In this document: positions 25,563 through 38,939 of the stretch, piece by piece
How positions within the stretch are numbered: position 1 is the stretch's first letter
How the letters are laid out: each line of letters starts with the position of its first letter
NCBI GenBank assembly: GCA_028534125.1
Contig: CM052841.1
Span: 67,580,001-67,644,000, forward strand
Length of the DNA stretch: 64,000 nt
From: Lama glama
Taxonomy: Eukaryota
Direction of reading: 5' to 3'
The notes under the pieces: generated by a model
Database searches by the model: none
Seen by the model: only the letters and a program-made list of their open reading frames with translations
What the model was told of the DNA's origin: nothing
Translations under genes and position numbers: made by a program

Positions 25563-26086
25563 TCTACGAGAGGGAAAAACTTTTCCTCTACCCTCTTATG
25601 TTTGGTGCATGGGGCGTGCCAATTGAACTGACCAAAGACATTAAAAAGGTAAAATATTTTATTAATATTCTAAATTTTACGTGCATGGGGGCTTCACGAA
25701 GTAAAAACCCAGAGAAATAGTGAGGCTTGGGAACTTATGCACCGTTTTAACAAAGAGCAATAAATTATGGAGACACAACTACAAAATAGACTGGAGAAAC
25801 TAACGTAAGACGAGGGTCATTCCAGCAAGGTCCGCCCAGGCGGGCTCGTCTCGGTGCCCGCTGTCCGTCTCCAGGGAGACGGTCACTGCCCTCACCGGGT
25901 TCAGGTGGGAGTGGTGGAGACTCCGAGCCACCGTCACAAAGGGAAGCGTACGTCCTGCTCTTAGGCTGATGGGGGGAGGGCAGGGGACTTTTCCCGCATC
26001 TGTTGATCCTCTGTTGCCTCCAGCTCGGAATAATTTTCCCCATGCCAAAGTGGCATGTTTGGGGTGGCATATTCTGGTCCCCGTCG
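25563..26086 (-). mobile_element. MER34-like ERV1 solo LTR, antisense, in intron 11
   Basis: The minus strand begins ...GGGGACCAGAATATGCCACCCCAAACATGCCACTTTGGCATG...ATTATTCCGAGCTG and ends AGAGGGTAGAGGAAAAGTTTTTCCCTCTCGTAGA, resembling recalled MER34/MER39-group termini. AT-rich relative to flanks. Subfamily not verified. Confidence 0.7.
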
Positions 26087-29019
26087 CCTGCTTGGCCTCA
26101 CGTGCCCGTGTGCATGTGGGAGCTGCTTCCTGGGTGATCCGGCCAATCCCCACCCCCCGCCCGCCCGCCCGCCCCACCGCCCTGGGACTCTGCAGCCCCT
26201 CTTACTGCTCCTGCCTGACTGCTGCTTGCTGCCTCGCCCTCACCGTGCGAGCTGTCTCCTCACTGGGTGCTGCGTCCCTTGGACGTAGGACCCCCCCCCC
26301 GGACTTTTCCTTGTGCCCCCGTCCCCGTGCTGTGCACCCAGCGGGCAGGTGGCTGTGAGCCTGCCTGCATCCCTGTCCCCACAGCATCGCGTTGGGGCAG
26401 GAACCAGCCTGCTCCAGCCCAGCCTCATGCCCCCAGGCCCCCCTTCTCCTGGCTGCACCCCTTGGACCCGTCCTCTATGCCGCGTCTTAGCAGCTGGCGC
26501 CTCAGACCCCTTCTTGCCGCTTGCTTCCTGGTGCTGGTTGAGCAGTAGTCGGGTTGGTTGGGCCCGAATGGAAGGAAGCCCCTCCCCCACTCCTACAGGC
26601 CAGCTGTTCCTGAAGCCCCAGGGGTTCCACGGGTGGGCTTCCGTGACCCTCCACGACCAGCATGGGGGCCCTTGCCCGCGGGGCTGCCTCCCTCCCTGCA
26701 GAATCGGGGGCCCTTGTGCCCTCGGGGAAGGGAGGTGTGCACGCAGCCCGGCAGTAACGCTGCCCCCCGGGCACCACCTCTCCTGCCCTTTCTCCCAGTC
26801 AGCAGCCCCTCGACCTCGTGTTCCATGGGTTGGGCCTCTTGCAGGGTCTTGCGATTTTGCTTGAGTGCCTCGTCCGCGCCTTAAAAGGCTTGTATGAACC
26901 CCCGCGATCACACCCACTGAAAGCGTGAGTCCCAGGGGTCCCTGCGGCTTCCACTCCCGGCCAACTTGTTTACACCAGGGCCTGAGGAGTGGACACAGGC
27001 CAGGTCCCTTGCAGTCTGACAAAGAGGCAGAGTCCACTGAGGCCCAAAGGGAGCTTTTCGCTTTGCAAAGGCCATGGCGAGTGGCCGCCCGCAAGCCCCA
27101 GGGCATGTCATTCTACCGCCTCCCGCCTCCTGGGGCAGGACGTGGGGCTCTGCTCGCCCGGTGGCCCTGTGTGCTCAGGACACCTCGTATGGGACCGTCT
27201 AACCTGGGACACCTGCTTACTCACGCGTTCCGTGCAGCCAGGTGTCTGTGATGTCCCGGCTACAAGCCGTGGTGCCACGGGCCTTCCTCATGTGTGTGGC
27301 GGGGCCGTGTCCTCTCTGTGGCCTGGGCACCCCTCTCCGGTGATCCTGGGGTCTCCTGAGTCGTTTGTTCACCCCTCGAGCCCCCTGGGAGCCGGAAGGA
27401 CGCTTTTCACATCAGGGGCCACACGGCGGGGGTCCTCCTGAGAGGACTGGCAGTAGACGCAGGCCCTGGTGCACCTCAGTGCCTCCCTCCAGGCCTGTTG
27501 GCTTTCCCGGCTCTGGAAGCAGCAGTGATTTCCCAGCCCCTCCTGCCTCAGGGCCGCCCGAGGCCAGTGGGCCGGGTGGGGTGTGCAGGGGACGGTGCCG
27601 GCTCCCCCAGGGCTCCGGCCCCGGCCGTAGGTGGAGCCCCTGCCCCGGCTTTCAGATCTAGAGCAGGAAGTGGTCGCTGAGAGCTTTGCTGGCTGCTCCG
27701 GGGCTGCCATTGCACCGGAGCTGGCCGGAAACCCGCCATGGGCGTGCGGAGGGTCTGAGCATCCACGCACCTTGCTGTCCTTTCCTGGTCTCTCTGAGCA
27801 AGAGCAGAAATGTCTCAGCATGAAGACCCTCCCCTACCCCGGGTCTTCTGAGCTCCCCCGGCCCTGCTGCCTGTACGAGAAGCAGCTGGGCTCTGCTTGC
27901 TGGCGGTGAGCCCGCGCGTCCCCGGGTGCTGCACCCCAGCCTCCTGGGAGCCTTGGGGCTGAGTCTGCAGCCGCAGCCGATGGCCGCTTTCAAAGGGTCC
28001 GAGCTCTCTGTCCCTCCATCTCCGTGCCGAGGCCGCCGGGGCAGCCTCGGGGACACCCTCCGCTGAGCAGCAGCTGTCGCTTGGTGAGTTCCTTGTTCCT
28101 TGCCGAGTCTCCACGTGTCCCAGTTCTGCGGGGCCTGCGCTTTACAACATTTCCCTTTGACCAAGTGAGGGCGCTGGTCTGGGGGCCAGCCGATCAGATA
28201 ATAAGGAAAACACACGGAGGCCGGGAGACTTGTTTTATTTCGCCTGGAATCCAGGGCCGGAGCCACGTCAGGGTGCCACAAGGCCCACAGCCTGCCGGAG
28301 CGTCCCCGGATGCCCGGCATAGGCTGTGCGCAGCACGAGCCACGCCGTCAGGGCACATTCAGTGTCCTGGGAGGGGGGAGGCGGCTGTGTCCAGCGGACA
28401 GAGTCTTTAAGTTTCAGACCTCGGTGCTTGGCAACGGTTTGCGGACATACTTTTTTCCAGCAGTGGGAAATACGGGTGCAGGTGAGGGGCCCCGCAGGAC
28501 TCACATCAGATTTTAAAACGTTGGAAGGCTTCGCCGGTGGCTTTCGTCCCACCAGCCACCGCTTTCTTGCAGGACTCCTGCGTTCTCCTTGCTCATCTTC
28601 TTGCATGCCCTTGGGGATTGTTCACATATGGCTGGAACGTTCCAGTATGAGGGTGAAATTCTTCCTGCAGCCCCTGAGGTTGAATTCCCTCCCCCACCAT
28701 GGCTTAGAAAGACCAGGAGGAGGAAGTTGAAGGTGTAAACATGGACAAGGGGCTGCCCCAGGGTCTTTCTGGCTTCCACTGCTACAAACACACGCACACA
28801 CATGCACGCGCCACGTGGGCACCACATGGATGGCATCTCCCTGGGAGACATGGACCCTAAGCTTTGAATTGGGGATCTGATTTGGGATCAACTCGGAAGC
28901 AGAGAGCCCAGCTGTGAGCAGCTGCCGGCACTGGATTTCCAAGAGGAAATCTCGGCAGCAAAAATGTTCTAGACTTTTCTTTTTTAAGCAAATGTTATCT
29001 TCTGAGAATCTTTTCCAAA

Positions 29020-29340
29020 ATGGCAGGCAGGATGATTTGGCTGGTCCATAACAATTAAGAAAAAGGGGGGAACTCCTTTGACCCAGAGGTTCTGCTTCTG
29101 GGGGCCCACCTAAGACAGGTGCCAGAAAGTCACGGCAGCCTGCGTCCTGATGAAAACTGGAGAGGAACCAAACGTGCGTCAGTGGAGGACAGATTAAATA
29201 AACGATGAGTCTGCGATGTGTGGGAACCTCTCCGGCCGTCAAAGAGGACGAGCCATGCTCACGAGTCGGCAGTGACGTGCAGCAGAGAGAAGTGACAAAC
29301 TGCAGAGCAACGTGCACAGGACGATTTCACCAAAAACAAG
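29020..29340 (+). mobile_element. Ancient L1 (L1M-type) 3' fragment
   Basis: ctttgacccagaggttctgcttctgggg...aaaactggagaggaaccaaacgtgcgtcagtggaggacagattaaataaa resembles the degenerate L1 ORF2 end/3' UTR. Confidence 0.55.
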
Positions 29341-30382
29341 GCAAACCACCTCCTGGCCACGCACCTGCAGACACGCAAACGTGCTGGGTGTTGCGTGTCC
29401 GGTGCGCACGCTCCCAGCCTCCCCTGGGCGCTCACGGAGCCTTAGCCTGGTTACTGTGCACTTCAGGAGAACAGGCGTCAATCCTGGAAGAGAAGTAACT
29501 ACTGAAGAAGGGCGGGCAGGCGTTCTGCTCGGGGTGAGCCTCCCGGGCCCTTGGCCGCCAGGCCGGGGGTCGGGAGTCGGTCTGCGTCGGGGCCGGGAGC
29601 CTCGCGGCGCGGTGGTGCCTGCGCGCTTGGTGCGAGGGCCGGACTGGCCGCCTGGGACGGGACCTGACGCGGGTCTCTCATTGGGATGGAGCTGAACGCC
29701 ACCTGCCTGCAAACAAGCCTCCTCCCCATGAGCGGGCTGGGACTCTGCCTGCTGAGTGAAAACCTGAGTGATAAACTTCTTTTCCATCTTTCTTTTTTGT
29801 AAATAAGCCACGTTACATCAGTTTTATCTTCACGTGGGCCCGACGAGGGCCGGAATCTGGAGAACCTGCCGAGGCGGGGGTGTCGGGGACCAGATTAGCT
29901 GGAGCCGTGGCGTTGCCTGTGCACATCGGGTTCTTGGGTTGCTCCAGGGGCCTGTGTCCCGTGCGTGGTCCTCCTGGTGACTCCGGTCCCTCGTGTCTGT
30001 CCAAGCAAGTGGACCCTTCTTGCCTGGCATCGGCTCCACCCGCAGAGGGGGGCGAGTGAGGAGCCCCTCAGCGACCGTGGACGAGCCAGGCCCCTGAGCA
30101 GCCAGTGCAGGTGTCCTGGGCTGCCCCCCCGGTTGGTGGGGTCCCGGGCAGAGATGTTCCCGGGATCGCGGACGCCCCGCCCCCCCGCCTCCCGCAGCGG
30201 GGCCTCTGCCCCCGGATCGCTGTCTCCCGCCTTTCCGACTCTCTGATTCCTCTGAATCTGGCTCAGACCTGCCTCCAGCCACAGTGAAGCCCCACGCTGG
30301 GCTGGGGCTCTGGCCATTCCGTGCTCGGGTCCCGCATGGTTCTGTGCTTGTCTGCTGTGCTTCCTGGGGGCCTTGGCCCTGA

Positions 30383-30541
<159 letters not shown>

Positions 30542-31034
30542 TGAGGGGGGGCTGGGGGGGGGGCTTGAGGCCCAGTGTGTGATGGGGGTGGGGCCCTGGG
30601 CTGTTCCCAGGGGGAGCAGTTGCCTGGCCACAGACTAGCCCCAGCCCAGCCAGGCGTCTCAGGGAAGTGGGGTCCTCGGGAGTGTTGTGTTGACACGGCA
30701 GAGTGGACCCCGGGGTCAGGGTCAGGGACACCTCTGCTGGTGTCCAGAGCCGGCCTCTCTGCGAGGGAGTGGAAGCGGCTCTGGGAGACACTGTGTGGCA
30801 TCCGCTCCGTTGTCGCTCACCCACTCTCTCCACTTGGGCCCAGGTGCCGGCAGGGCCCTTCTTGAACTTGACCTGCCCATGACCTTGTGGGTCTGCCGAG
30901 GAGTCAGGGCACCTTCCTTACCTGGAGGGGAGTGTGTGGAGGGCTGGTCTGGACGTCGCTCCTCTGGCCGATGTCAGTGTCTCTGGGAGGCTGGGCGCAG
31001 GCGTTAGCGCGGGGCCCTTGGCTTTTCCTTGTAA

Positions 31035-31664
<630 letters not shown>

Positions 31665-32817
31665 TAAGGACACAACAGCTGCGCTGAGTGAGGGGCTCCC
31701 GGGCCCCTGCCACCTGCTGAGCCCAGCTCCAGCTGTCTGCTGCCCGCCCGGCTGTGGGGATGGAGAGAGAAAGCCTGCGTCCTCCTGTGATGGGCTGGGC
31801 CGAGCCCGAGCCCCTGGGAGAGAGAGCCCGCGCGGGGTGGGGGCGGGTCCCGGGACCTCGCGCCTCCTTGCGGCTCTGCTCCTGCCGCTGCGCTGCTAGT
31901 GAACTGCGGGTTTCACTGGCGAGGCCCAGACTGCTGATCGCCGGGACGAGAGCCGCTGCTGCCCGGCGGGGAGGTCGTCCTCCGTGGTCCCTGGTCTGGG
32001 CCATATCGATGTGGCTCTGGCGCGGTGGATGGACGCTGGTGATCAGAGCGTGTGGCTGATTAACCACAGGGCAGCGGGCACTGAGTCGTTGTCCCGGAGC
32101 AAATGGGCGTGTGACCCAGTCAGCACACAAGCCTCTCGCCTCGGCCTTGTCGATCGCCGGCTGACCCGGCTGGCCTTTGCGTCTGTGTGTGTTTCGGTGA
32201 AAGCCACGTGGGCAGTGGGCTCAAAATCTTCCAAAATTAAAATGGCATTGTGCAGGGGAGACGGGGTCGCACAGCGGGAGCGGAAGAGGCCCTTTAAGAA
32301 AGCAGGTTGGGCTGCGCCGCAGGCTGGGAGCGCAGAGGCGGGAGGCGCCGGGCCAGGGTCGGGGGGGGGGTCCCGGGGCGTGGCGGCTGCCTTGACTGGT
32401 GCCGACTTAGTTCACCCCTGGAGGGCTGCCAAAGACCCCCAGCCGCAGGAAGCGCCCCTTGTGGGCATGTTGTCACTCAGTATGAGTGCCCCCAGCCCAG
32501 AAAGGGGGCTGCATTTCCAGGCCCTCCCTGTGCTGGGTGGGCTGGGGACGAGCAAGCCCGTTGGCAAGGGGTCCTGAGCACCTGTCCCCAAAGCGGGGAG
32601 GGGCACGCGCCTGGCTTCTGCTCCACCTCTGCCGTTCCTTTCGGGGTTGGCCCTCGGAGCCCCAGAGGGGTGGAGGTGATGGGTCTGGGGTCCATCTGAC
32701 CTCCTCCTCTGGAAGCTCCTGTCCTCGGCCTCGTGCATCACACCGTCCTGCCTGGCCGGTCTCACCTGTGGGGCGGTAAACCCGCTGCTTCTCAGTGTGT
32801 CCCGTTTCCTCTTGCAG

Positions 32818-32874
32818 CTGGCGTTGAGGGGACCAGCTGGCCCGATGGGCCTCACCGGGAGACCTGGCCCCATG
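32818..32874 (+). CDS. COL5A1: COL5A1 exon 14 (57 nt; start of main triple helix)
   Basis: tgcag|CTG...ATG|gtgagc; LALRGPAGPMGLTGRPGPM. Confidence 0.96.
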
Positions 32875-32913
32875 GTGAGCTGTCATGGGGGAGCGCTGGG
32901 GGTGGCGTGGGGG

Positions 32914-33413
32914 NNNNNNNNNNNNNNNNNNNNNNNNNNNNNNNNNNNNNNNNNNNNNNNNNNNNNNNNNNNNNNNNNNNNNNNNNNNNNNNNNNNNNNN
33001 NNNNNNNNNNNNNNNNNNNNNNNNNNNNNNNNNNNNNNNNNNNNNNNNNNNNNNNNNNNNNNNNNNNNNNNNNNNNNNNNNNNNNNNNNNNNNNNNNNNN
33101 NNNNNNNNNNNNNNNNNNNNNNNNNNNNNNNNNNNNNNNNNNNNNNNNNNNNNNNNNNNNNNNNNNNNNNNNNNNNNNNNNNNNNNNNNNNNNNNNNNNN
33201 NNNNNNNNNNNNNNNNNNNNNNNNNNNNNNNNNNNNNNNNNNNNNNNNNNNNNNNNNNNNNNNNNNNNNNNNNNNNNNNNNNNNNNNNNNNNNNNNNNNN
33301 NNNNNNNNNNNNNNNNNNNNNNNNNNNNNNNNNNNNNNNNNNNNNNNNNNNNNNNNNNNNNNNNNNNNNNNNNNNNNNNNNNNNNNNNNNNNNNNNNNNN
33401 NNNNNNNNNNNNN
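32914..33413. other. Assembly gap (500 N) replacing exons 15-38
   Basis: Run of N between exon 14 and exon 39. Confidence 0.99.
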
Positions 33414-33485
33414 TTAGGAAGAGAAGCTCGCTCCCTGGCGTGGTCCTTGAACCTGTTGCGTGGCTGACACAGATTTTCCCCACAG

Positions 33486-33593
33486 GGTCCCACGGGAGAA
33501 ACTGGTCCGATGGGTGAGCGTGGCCACCCCGGGCCCCCGGGCCCCCCCGGTGAACAGGGGCTCCCGGGCCTCGCCGGAAAAGAGGGGACGAAG
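33486..33593 (+). CDS. COL5A1: COL5A1 exon 39 (108 nt)
   Basis: cacag|GGT...AAG|gtgagt; [36 protein letters not shown]. Numbered by counting back from terminal exon 66. Confidence 0.95.
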
Positions 33594-34662
33594 GTGAGTC
33601 CCTGGGAGTCCATGCCGGGCAGACTTTCCTGAGGACAGAGCGGCCCTTGGCTGTGTCTTTCTCCTGCTTTTTTCTGATGGACGGCCAGCTCCTCAGGCAG
33701 GTGCTCTTTGTGCTGACCCACTGCCCAAACCAGGAACCTGGCTCCCCTCTTGCTCGCTTTGAAGGAAGACCGAAGCTGACCTGCTGCAGGGATGTGCGTG
33801 ACAGGGGCAGGGGCCCAGCGTCTGCCCGGGCCGCCCATCCCCAGAAGTGGATAAAACTGCCTGACACTTCATGTGTCTAAACCAAATGTAGCAGAAGGAG
33901 ACCCTCTTAAAAACTCCCCACCGTGCGAGGTGCATGGAAAGTGGGCGTGTTTCTCCCCACCTCCCAGCGCCGGCTCTGCGTCCCGTCTGTTCCTCTGTCG
34001 CCAGCCTGGGCGCCCCAGAGTGGTGCTTGGGACTGCCTGTGTTTTAGGGTAAAAATGAACAGTCCTGCCCTATTCAGCTGTTCCGTGAGAGACATAGGAA
34101 GTGCAAACTCTCCAGCCCTTTGTAGGACCACGTCCAAGAAAGTAAACTTGACAAGTAATCAAGAAATCCGGAAAGAAGGACACACGTGTGTCAACATACG
34201 TGCAGGCAAATTGTGCTCGAGTACACGTGTGTATAATTCATAGACAGCTGCCCGGCCGTGAAGAGAGCTCTCTGAGGTTGGAAAGGAGGCCAAAGGCGTG
34301 CTGGTTTGGAGACCCCATGCTCCCATGTTGGACCCCCGAGAAAATTCTGGAAGATGTCAAAGCTTTAGTAAAGGTCTCCAAGGCTGTGGTCACGCATTCC
34401 TTCACCTGGGCCCGGTCTTAGGAGGAGCCCCAGATACGTGAAAAGCAGCCGCCTGGCCCTCAGCCCCTGCTCAGCCCACTGTGGCCCCAAAGGACGTGGT
34501 GGGAGGGGGACTCCGAGGAGCCCAGGTGGAGCCCGTCCCCACACCACACCCAGAAGCGACCCACCCACCTGCCCCAGCGTGTGAGCTGGGCTGCACTCCG
34601 GCTGCCAACCAAGCGATCAAGTCAAGCCTGAGAGATTCCTTCAAAGCCAAGAGCCCCTGCAC

Positions 34663-34781
34663 CCCAGGTCTCAGGCGGGTCTGGCCGACAAGGCCCCGCC
34701 CAGCTCCCCGTCCACCCAGGTCTCGGGCAGGTCTGGCTGGCAAGGCCCTGCCCAGCTCCCCGTCCACCCAGGTCCCAGGCA
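34663..34781. repeat. 52-bp tandem repeat, about 2.3 copies
   Basis: Units start at 34663, 34715 and 34767 (cccaggtctc(a/g)ggc(g/a)ggtctggc...aaggccc(c/t)gcccagctccccgtcca). Confidence 0.9.
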
Positions 34782-34815
34782 TCACTCAGAAACTGATCTC
34801 CGGCTCTGATTTCAG

Positions 34816-34905
34816 GGTGATCCAGGCCCCGCCGGCCTTCCTGGGAAAGACGGACCCCCAGGGTTACGTGGCTTCCCTGGGGACCGAGGGCTTCCTGGCC
34901 CAGTG
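34816..34905 (+). CDS. COL5A1: COL5A1 exon 40 (90 nt)
   Basis: ttcag|GGT...GTG|gtgagt; [30 protein letters not shown]. Confidence 0.95.
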
Positions 34906-34997
34906 GTGAGTGAGGGGTCGGCCGGGGGGGAGTTGGACACCGCCCAGCCCGGGGACCTCTCCGCGCAGTGCCCTGCTCACATCTTGTTGCCTTGCAG

Positions 34998-35051
34998 GGG
35001 GCGCTGGGACTGAAAGGCAGCGAGGGCCCCCCTGGTCCGCCAGGCCCCGCG
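34998..35051 (+). CDS. COL5A1: COL5A1 exon 41 (54 nt)
   Basis: tgcag|GGG...GCG|gtgagt; [18 protein letters not shown]. Confidence 0.95.
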
Positions 35052-36220
35052 GTGAGTGTGCTGGCCCAGCCCCAAGCCCCCTCCACCCCTCTCCCGCAAA
35101 GCTGCCATGCGGGGGAGACGGCTCCAAGGCCCGGGAGCAAGCACGCCCGCGCTAGTCCCACGTGGGCCCTGGGAAGGCCGTGGTGCACAAGGTGGGCTCC
35201 GGCGGGACGTGGACAGTGTGCCCCGAGCTGGCAGCCGGGTGACGGGGCGCACTGTCCGAGGAAAGGTGGAGAGCCGGGCGGTTTGGAGGGAGGGCTGAGA
35301 GGGCCCACGGAGCCTCCTGGAGGAGCTGGGAGCAGCTGACGCACTGAATCGGGGTCTGGGCCCGGAGCGGCTGGGACGGGCAGACACAGAGCCCGGTGGC
35401 CTTGAGTCGGCTGCCACACGCCCGGGCTGCCCAAGGCTGAGGTGGGCCAGCGCAGGTGGCAGGTCCGCCCCAGGGCTGTGCCGCCCTTAACCTATGGTCC
35501 CTCCCAACCTGGAGGTCCAGCTCCCAGAGGCCTGAGGGTCAGTGTTGCCAGCCCCTTGGCTGCAGTCTAGGGCCATTAGGGGCCGGGGAGGCTCTGCCCA
35601 CCCTCAAGAGCACGTCCACAGACCCCTGTCCTTGCCTGACACCTGCTTTGCTTCCCCCTGCCCTTCTCACAGGGCCACCTGACAGCCCCCACTCACCTGC
35701 ACAGATGTGGGGGCTCAGGAGCTGCTCCCCACCCCGGCTGAGGTCATGAAATGACACCCCTGTTCCCCTAACTGAGTGAGACCATTTGAGAGGGAGGACG
35801 GTGGGAAAGTCAGGTGGAACAGAAAATGTCACCTTCCCTTCTGATGAGGGCCAGGCCGGACAACACCCGGGCAGCAGCGGCCCCTCGACGCTGACCCCTA
35901 GAATGAGCCCGGGTGCCCACCTGTCAGCCCTGCTCCTGCGCCAGCGCCTCCCCTGTGAAACACACAGCGTGGAGGAGCAGGGCGGAAAGTGAGCGCTCGG
36001 GGCAGGCAGGCTTCAGAGGGGACCGTGGTGCCAGGCCCCCTGGAGAGGTCGTTCCAGGCCAGCACTTGGGGGAGGTGCCCTCAGACACCCTGTGGGGGGC
36101 AGGTAGTGCTTGGAATTGCAGGACAGAGAGCTGGGGGGGGGCCAGAAACCCAGAGCTTCAAATGGTAGACCAAATAGTTAGTGCTTGCCAGGGGCCCTAG
36201 GGAGCTATTGTGGGTTCTAG

Positions 36221-36616
<396 letters not shown>

Positions 36617-38384
36617 TGAGCTGGAGGGTGCTGGGGGCGTCCAGGCAAGGCTCAGCCTGTCACCCACACGTCTGTGCCCCTGCATGTGCAGGCTCAGGGA
36701 GGGCTGGAGACAGGTGTCCACACGTGGCCTTGGCCACCGCCCAGGCTCTGGGTGCCACACGTGGATGGGCCACAGCCACCTGCCATGTGCACAGGTCGCG
36801 CACACACACACTGGGTTGGGCCACGGCTGGTCTGCGTGTGAGAAAGGTGGATATTCGGGATGGTGCTTCCTTTGTGGGCCTGGGGGCAGATGTGGAGCAA
36901 AGAAGGGACACGAAGGGAAGACAGGCACCTTCCTCCTGGACCCCTGACAGCCCACCTCCCAGTGAGCCCTGAGTCTGATCGCCCCAGCGCGGAGCCTTCG
37001 TGAGACCTCAGGGCGGGCGGGCCGGTCTGGAGTCCCGGTTTCCATGAAGGAGATTAAAGAGCTCCTTCTTGTCTAGACTCCCCCTGGGAGGCCGACCACC
37101 AGCTCCTCTCCTGGGCTCCCTTCCCCGAGTAACTCACAAACGCCCCTTCCTGCCCTGACTCTCAGCCCAGCCACGTTTGACCTCAGCCACACGATTTTGC
37201 AAATTCCCACCGGCCCCCGTATTCACTTGGCTGTGGAGACAAATTCCAGCTCAAGCTGCCCTTCCGAACTCTGAACACCTCACAAGCCCCAGCTCCAGGC
37301 GGGGACGGGCGGCACGGACCGCCTCCCGGTGACTTAGGGTGTCTGCGCTGACTGGTTTCTGTTAGAAAGACGTGGCTCCCGTGCGTGTTTCCCTGACCAC
37401 GGCTCACGGGTGGCAAGGGGCCTGGCTGCCTTCCCAGGCGGAGACCTCCCCGTTGGAGCCACGCTGGGAACGTGGGCGCCGTGGAGAGTGTGTTCAGGGT
37501 GCAGTTGTTACCCTCCGTCCTGGAGCTCGGAGCCCGAGACTGAGATGGCGGGGGCCTGCTCCTCCTGCAGGTTCTGGGGACAGTTGGTCCCAGGCCTCCC
37601 CGAGATCCTGGGGTGACAGCCCGGGTGCCCCATGGCCACGTCACCCCATCTCTGCTGACAGGAGTCAGGCTTCACATAAAAAGAAAAAACCCGATCTGAT
37701 CGTCTGATCATTCCCATGAGGGCATTCGCGTTCTGCACCCGAAGCCTGACTCCTGTCGGGCACCAGTGCCGCTGGCGCGCACGCAAATCCGGGTGGAAAC
37801 GACTGGTTCGTTGTTCCGAGGGGGGGACACAGAAGCCCCTCAGAGCTGCACCGCCCAGCGAGGCGCCCGTCACTGTCGCAGAACAGCCGCAGGGGACGAA
37901 AAGGCCGAGCAGAGGTCAGGCGTCCCGGCGGGCTGGAAGGGTCCCGCCAGCCAGGGGCAGCCTGCGCTTCTTCCGCGTTCCCTGGGGGAGGACTTTGCTC
38001 AGCGGGCACTAAGCCGAGGAGGGGAAGGGACTGCAGGAGGGGAGGGGGGCCTGCGGGGTGCCGGCTGCGGTGCCCGTGGCACGTCCCGACCCATGTCCCC
38101 TCCCCAGCGTCCGCTGTGGGGAGAGAGGCCCAGCCCGGGTGAGAAGGTTCCAGGTGCTCACAGGGCAATAAAATTGAGCAAGGCAAGGACTTAGTAAGGA
38201 CCGTCTGAGATCGCCCCAGAGTGACTATGAAGACAATAAACCAAAACTGTGAGGAAGGAAGATGGGGCCGTGTGTGTGCTCCAGGCCCCGGGTTCCCGCG
38301 GGGAGGGCGTCTGCAGAGAGCCCAGGCCCTGCCGGCCACTGGCGTGGGCCACCCCGCACGCAGGCCCAGGCACCTAGTCGGCCA

Positions 38385-38480
38385 GGTTTGGATCCAGGCT
38401 CTATTGTGCACGGACGTGCCTCAGTTTCCCCATCTTGCGAGGATGGGCACGGATTAAACGCAGTGATGCAGGGGAAGTGG
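38385..38480 (+). mobile_element. MIR fragment
   Basis: tttggatccaggctcta...gtgcctcagtttccccatctt. Confidence 0.45.
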
Positions 38481-38663
38481 AGCACAATGCTGGACCCAGA
38501 GCTTCCCTCGGCGCCCCTGGCGGAGGTCCCTTAGGACACAGTGATGGTCCCTCCCCGGGGACTGCCCACTTCCTGCCCATGGGCCTCTGTGGGGTGAGGA
38601 GCTGGCTGCAGGATGCTCCCACGGCAGAGCCGCCTCTGACCAGGGATCTCCTCTCCCCTCTAG

Positions 38664-38939
<276 letters not shown>

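Noticed and set aside
32875-33485. COL5A1 as a pseudogene or naturally deleted gene
   Set aside because: All visible exons are intact with canonical splice sites, and the missing block coincides exactly with a placeholder gap.
38167-38240. Two AATAAA hexamers in intron 42
   Set aside because: No clear downstream GU/U-rich element and no terminal-exon structure.
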